A DNA stretch of 64,000 nt, taken from assembly GCA_011774835.1 (NCBI GenBank), contig JAACAK010000083.1, positions 25,042 to 89,041 of the forward strand, written 5' to 3'. Below are positions 61,925-64,000 of the stretch, in pieces. Each line of letters opens with the position of its first letter. Within the stretch, counting starts at the first letter, position 1. The notes below the pieces were generated by a model. That model was not told the DNA's origin. It searched no databases and saw only the letters and a list, made by a program, of their open reading frames with translations. The translations under genes were made by a program, and so were the position numbers. This DNA is from Candidatus Kutchimonas denitrificans (lineage in GTDB: Bacteria; Gemmatimonadota; Gemmatimonadetes; Palauibacterales; KS3-K002).

Positions 61925-62425
61925 TTGGAAATCCGGCTGCTGGGCGATCCTGTGCTTCGCCAGCGAGCCGAGCCGGTGGAGGTCTTCGACGACGAGCTGC
62001 GCCAGCTGGCCCAGGACATGTTCGACGCGATGTACGAGAACGAGGGGATCGGTCTCGCCGGCCCTCAGGTCGGAGTCGGCAAGCGGCTGTTCGTGATGGA
62101 CATCCGGGACGAGGAGTCGGAGCCGCGGGCGGTAGTGAATCCGGTGGTGATCGAGGAGGAAGGGGCGGAACGGGGCGAGGAAGGCTGCTTGAGCCTGCCG
62201 GGACTGGTGGGCGTGGTCGAACGGTCAAAGAGGATCGTCATGGAAGGGCAGGATCTGGAGGGGAGCCCGATACGGATCGAGGCGTCCGATCTGCTCGCCC
62301 GCTGCATCCTGCACGAGACCGACCATCTGGACGGTGTTCTGTTCATCGATCGGGTATCGCCGATCAAGCGCAAGCTGCTGTTGAGCAAGTGGAAAAAGCT
62401 GCAGCGGGAGGCGGCGACGCGGTGA
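61925..62425 (+). CDS. def: Peptide deformylase
   Basis: Signature blocks are GIGLAGPQVGV, EGCLSLPG and HETDHLDG. There is no ATG or GTG near the family N-terminus. TTG 61925 (EIRLLGDPVLRQ...), preceded by GGAGGAGGAG, is the best candidate. Confidence 0.85.
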   Translation: MEIRLLGDPVLRQRAEPVEVFDDELRQLAQDMFDAMYENEGIGLAGPQVGVGKRLFVMDIRDEESEPRAVVNPVVIEEEGAERGEEGCLSLPGLVGVVERSKRIVMEGQDLEGSPIRIEASDLLARCILHETDHLDGVLFIDRVSPIKRKLLLSKWKKLQREAATR

Positions 62426-63354
62426 GGATCGTCTTTTGGGGCACGCCCGACTTCGCCCTTACCGTTCTCGGGGCTCTCCTCGAGGGCGGTCGTGACGTCG
62501 TCGGGGTGATCACCCAACCCGACCGACCGGCGGGCCGGGGCCGAAAGCTCCAGCCGCCACCGGTCAAGTCTGTGGCCGCGGAGGCCGGGGTGCCGGTCCT
62601 GCAGCCCGAGAAGCCACATGGCGAGGAGTTCATGCGGGAGTTCGCCGGGCTCGAACCCGACGTGTCCGTGGTCGCGGCCTACGGCCAGATACTGAAGGCG
62701 GAGGTGCTCGAGCTTCCCCGTCTCGGCTCCTTCAACGTTCACGCCTCGCTGCTACCCGAACTGCGCGGTGCGGCGCCGGTCAACTGGGCGATCATCCGGG
62801 GCCATACGGAGACCGGCGTGACGATCATGCGGATGGTGGAGCAGCTCGATGCCGGTCCCATGGTCTTGAAGGCGCGGACCGGGATCGCGGCGAACGAGAC
62901 GGCCGGGTCGCTCATGGAGCGCCTGGCGGAGTTGGGCGCGGCGACATTGCTCGAGGCGCTGGAGCTGATCGAAACGGGCCGCGCCGTGGAAGAGGAGCAG
63001 AACGAGGACGAGGCGACCTATGCGCCGAAGCTGAGGAGCGAGGACGTTCGGGTCGACTGGGGCCGTCCGGCGGAGGAGATCGAGCGCTGGATCCGGGGTG
63101 CCGACCCGGTTCCGGCGGCGTGGTCGGAGCTCGAGGGGAAGCGCGTGCGCCTGTTCGCGCCGCGGGTCCACGACTTGGACGCGGACGCGGAGCCCGGGGT
63201 CGTCGTCGTCGCCGACCCCAATACGGGACTGCACGTGGCCACGGGATCGGGCACGCTGTGCATCGATGAGGTCCAGCCGGCGGGCAAGCGCCGCATGGGT
63301 ACGGCCGATTGGATACGCGGACGTGGAGTGACTGGCGGCCAGCGGTTCGTCTGA
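62422..63354 (+). CDS. fmt: Methionyl-tRNA formyltransferase
   Basis: Signature blocks are RIVFWGTPDFA, QPDRPAGRG, NVHASLLPELRGAAPVNWAI and a C-terminal domain ending QPAGKRRM. The GTG overlaps the def stop (GTGA). Confidence 0.92.
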   Translation: MRIVFWGTPDFALTVLGALLEGGRDVVGVITQPDRPAGRGRKLQPPPVKSVAAEAGVPVLQPEKPHGEEFMREFAGLEPDVSVVAAYGQILKAEVLELPRLGSFNVHASLLPELRGAAPVNWAIIRGHTETGVTIMRMVEQLDAGPMVLKARTGIAANETAGSLMERLAELGAATLLEALELIETGRAVEEEQNEDEATYAPKLRSEDVRVDWGRPAEEIERWIRGADPVPAAWSELEGKRVRLFAPRVHDLDADAEPGVVVVADPNTGLHVATGSGTLCIDEVQPAGKRRMGTADWIRGRGVTGGQRFV

Positions 63355-63992
63355 AGCGGCTGCCCCGTCTCTATCTCGTCACCCGCGACGATGTCGTCGT
63401 CGGCGCCGACTTCGCCTCGCGGGCGGCCGCGGCGATGCGGGCGGCAGGGGAAGGAGCCGCCCTTCAGCTGAGGGCGCACGGCGTCGACGGTCGAACGCTA
63501 CTGCGGGAGGCGGAGCGCCTGGCCCGCGTCGCCCGCGAATCCGGTTGCCAACTATGGGTCAACGACCGGGTCGATGTCGCGTTGACGGTTCGGGCGGCCG
63601 GCGTCCAGCTGGGCTCGGCCAGCATGCCCACCGCCGATGCCCGGCGACAGTTGGGTCACGCCGTCTGGATCGGGCGCTCGGTGCACGCCCCGGAGGAGAC
63701 CGAGGCTGCGCTGGACGAGGGCGCGGATGTGGCCGTGCTCGGCCACGTATTCGCCACCGCCTCGCATCCCGACCGGTCGCCGCTGGGGGTCGACGCGGTG
63801 CGTCGGGCCGGGGCCGGGCGACCGATTGTGGCGATCGGGGGTATAAGCGTAGAACGCGTGAAAGAAGTCGTGAACGCCGGCGCCTGGGGCGTGGCGGTCC
63901 TGAGCGGCGTCTGGGACACTGCGAATCCGGCTGCCGCGGTACGGCGCTACAAGCGAGCGCTCCGGCAGGCCGGAGGATCGAGCGAAGGCTGA
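63309..63992 (+). CDS. thiE: Thiamine-phosphate synthase-like protein
   Basis: Signature blocks are LYLVT, LQLRAHG, LWVNDRVDVAL, GVQLG, SVHAPEE and VAIGGISVERVKEVVNAGAWGVAVLSGVW. The start is uncertain: the track TTG 63309 overlaps fmt by 46 nt. Confidence 0.65.
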   Translation: MDTRTWSDWRPAVRLKRLPRLYLVTRDDVVVGADFASRAAAAMRAAGEGAALQLRAHGVDGRTLLREAERLARVARESGCQLWVNDRVDVALTVRAAGVQLGSASMPTADARRQLGHAVWIGRSVHAPEETEAALDEGADVAVLGHVFATASHPDRSPLGVDAVRRAGAGRPIVAIGGISVERVKEVVNAGAWGVAVLSGVWDTANPAAAVRRYKRALRQAGGSSEG

Positions 63993-64000
63993 AGCTATGA

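Overview
This is a GC-rich (about two-thirds G+C by eye, not computed), densely coding bacterial chromosome segment. The host looks diderm: outer-membrane beta-barrels, a TonB C-domain protein, a SPOR/YbgF-like protein and lipoproteins are present. I support about 63 protein-coding genes, one tRNA-Arg(UCG), the RNase P RNA (class A), three strong intrinsic terminators, and several repeats and regulatory candidates.

Most of the content is housekeeping: aroB, mpg, folE, nadA, holA, mutS, ddl, ruvCAB, queA-tgt-yajC, def-fmt, thiE, yebC, gcdH, an NAD-IDH-like gene, two M16 peptidases and an EF-G2-like paralog. Many adjacent genes overlap by 4 nt (ATGA/GTGA), which indicates operons.

The less ordinary parts are:
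1. At the left edge, a tightly coupled minus-strand operon of two Ddl-like ATP-grasp ligases, a GNAT and a lysine-2,3-aminomutase-like radical SAM enzyme. It is truncated by the window.
2. A NYN + 2x LOTUS/OST-HTH protein with a long Arg/Glu-rich tract and an HhH tail, coupled to mpg.
3. A metal (probably Zn) uptake island: ZIP, a small secreted His/Cys protein, a porin-like beta-barrel, ZnuA-like and ZnuB-like genes, with no ATPase.
4. An orphan promoter-plus-terminator unit of about 200 nt between the ZIP gene and a PTPS-folE-SDR pterin operon.
5. A 239-bp nested inverted-repeat element containing a canonical G-quadruplex motif.
6. An ECF sigma gene with a roughly 550-bp upstream region, split from its anti-sigma gene by a strong terminator.

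I saw no CRISPR array, rRNA, transposase, integrase or phage module. I found no defence-like system, and nothing here is clearly an undescribed system. Many long ORFs in the supplied track are antisense or off-frame shadows typical of high-GC DNA, and I rejected them.
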